A stretch of DNA of 64,000 bases from assembly GCF_035084215.1 (NCBI RefSeq), contig NC_090349.1, positions 37,758,001 through 37,822,000 on the forward strand, written 5' to 3'. This DNA comes from Heptranchias perlo. Taxonomy: Eukaryota. A model generated the notes under the pieces. The model saw only the letters and a program-made list of their open reading frames with translations. It made no database searches and had not been told where the DNA came from. A program made the position numbers and the translations under genes. How positions within the stretch are numbered: position 1 is the first letter of the stretch; each line of letters starts with the position of its first letter. Below are positions 63,037-64,000 of the stretch, piece by piece.

Positions 63037-63557
63037 CATAAGAACATAAGAACATAAGAAATAGGAGCAGGAGTAGGCCAATCGGCCCTTCGAGCCTGCT
63101 CCGCCATTTAATAAGATCATGGCTGATCTGATCCTAACCTCAAATCTAAATTCATGTCCAATTTCCTGCCCGCTCCCCGTAACCCCTAATTCCCTTTACT
63201 TCTAGGAAACTGTTGATTTCTGTTTTGAATTTATTCAATGATGTAGCTTCCACAGCTTCCTGGGGCAGCAAATTCCACAGACTTACCACCCTCTGAGTGA
63301 AGAAGTTTCCCCTCATCTCAGTTTTGAAGGAGCAGCCCCTTATTCTAAGATTATGCCCCCTAGTTCTAGTTTCACCCATCCTTGGGAACATCCTTACCGC
63401 ATCCACCCGATCAAGCCCCTTCACAATCTTATATGTTTCAATAAGATCGCCTCTCATTCTTCTGAACTCCAATGAGTCGAGTCCCAATCTACTCAACCTC
63501 TCCTCATATGTCCGCCCCCTCATCCCCGGGATTAACTGAGTGAACCTTCTTTGTACT
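63037..63557 (-). mobile_element. Young CR1 LINE 3' end with (ttcttatg)n tail
   Basis: Uninterrupted ORF VQRRFTQLIPGMRGRTYEERLSRLGL...WNLLPQ; tandem acataaga repeats. Confidence 0.92.
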
Positions 63558-63847
63558 GTTCTTTGGACCAAGTGGATGCTGGGACAATTGGAGCTAGAGT
63601 TAACCGATGAGGATTGTCTCCCCCCCCCCCCCCCACTTATTTTTTTTTAACACAGTGAAGGGAAGCCCCTTCAGCAGACTCTAAGTTTGGGAAGTTGGGT
63701 AGGTAATGGGAGAGAAGAGCTTTCCACATCACTTGGAATTTACTTTGGTATTGTAATCAGTTGCCAATATAACAGCAGTCTCCCAGCAGTTACACTGACA
63801 GGAAAATTTCAGGAATCTGATTTACATCCGATGCTTATCTTACGTGT

Positions 63848-64000
63848 CTCAGTTGGTAGCACTTTCACCTCTGAGTAAGAAGCAGACTGTCGGTTCGAGA
63901 ACCATGAGCGCACAATCTAAGCTGTCACTCCAGTGCAGTACTGAGGAAGTGCTGCACTGTTGGAAGTGCCTTCCTTCAGATGAGATGTTAAACCAAAGTC
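63848..64000 (+). mobile_element. DeuSINE 5' part (runs off the window)
   Basis: ctcagttggtagcactttcacctctgag head and cactccagtgcagtactgag. Confidence 0.75.

Overview
Vertebrate genomic DNA. The repeat landscape (DeuSINE/SacSINE1-like SINEs, CR1, L2, RTE, Tx1, Penelope) points to a cartilaginous fish (shark). The window holds the head-to-head lens beta-crystallin pair: CRYBA4 (minus strand, CDS 33758->24797, 5 coding exons, 195 aa) and CRYBB1 (plus strand, CDS 43885->49294, 5 coding exons, 224 aa). Both are intact, and each has a candidate non-coding exon 1, TATA box and Maf/Sox-type promoter elements. Tail-to-tail with CRYBA4 lies a 4-exon DHRS13/RDH-like short-chain dehydrogenase pseudogene (about 2967-18804, +). 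It has a probable ATG>ACG start loss, at least three in-frame TGA stops and several frameshifts. The rest is mostly transposable-element debris. Notable pieces are a Penelope fragment with an intact minimal hammerhead ribozyme, a solo LTR nested in an L2, Gypsy integrase and probable P/THAP9-like transposase fossils, a Tx1 insertion with a 14-bp TSD, long-hairpin MITEs and a degenerate 45-bp tandem array. Most ORFs in the supplied track are TE fragments or shadow ORFs. Repeat boundaries are approximate and family names are from recall, not from database searches.
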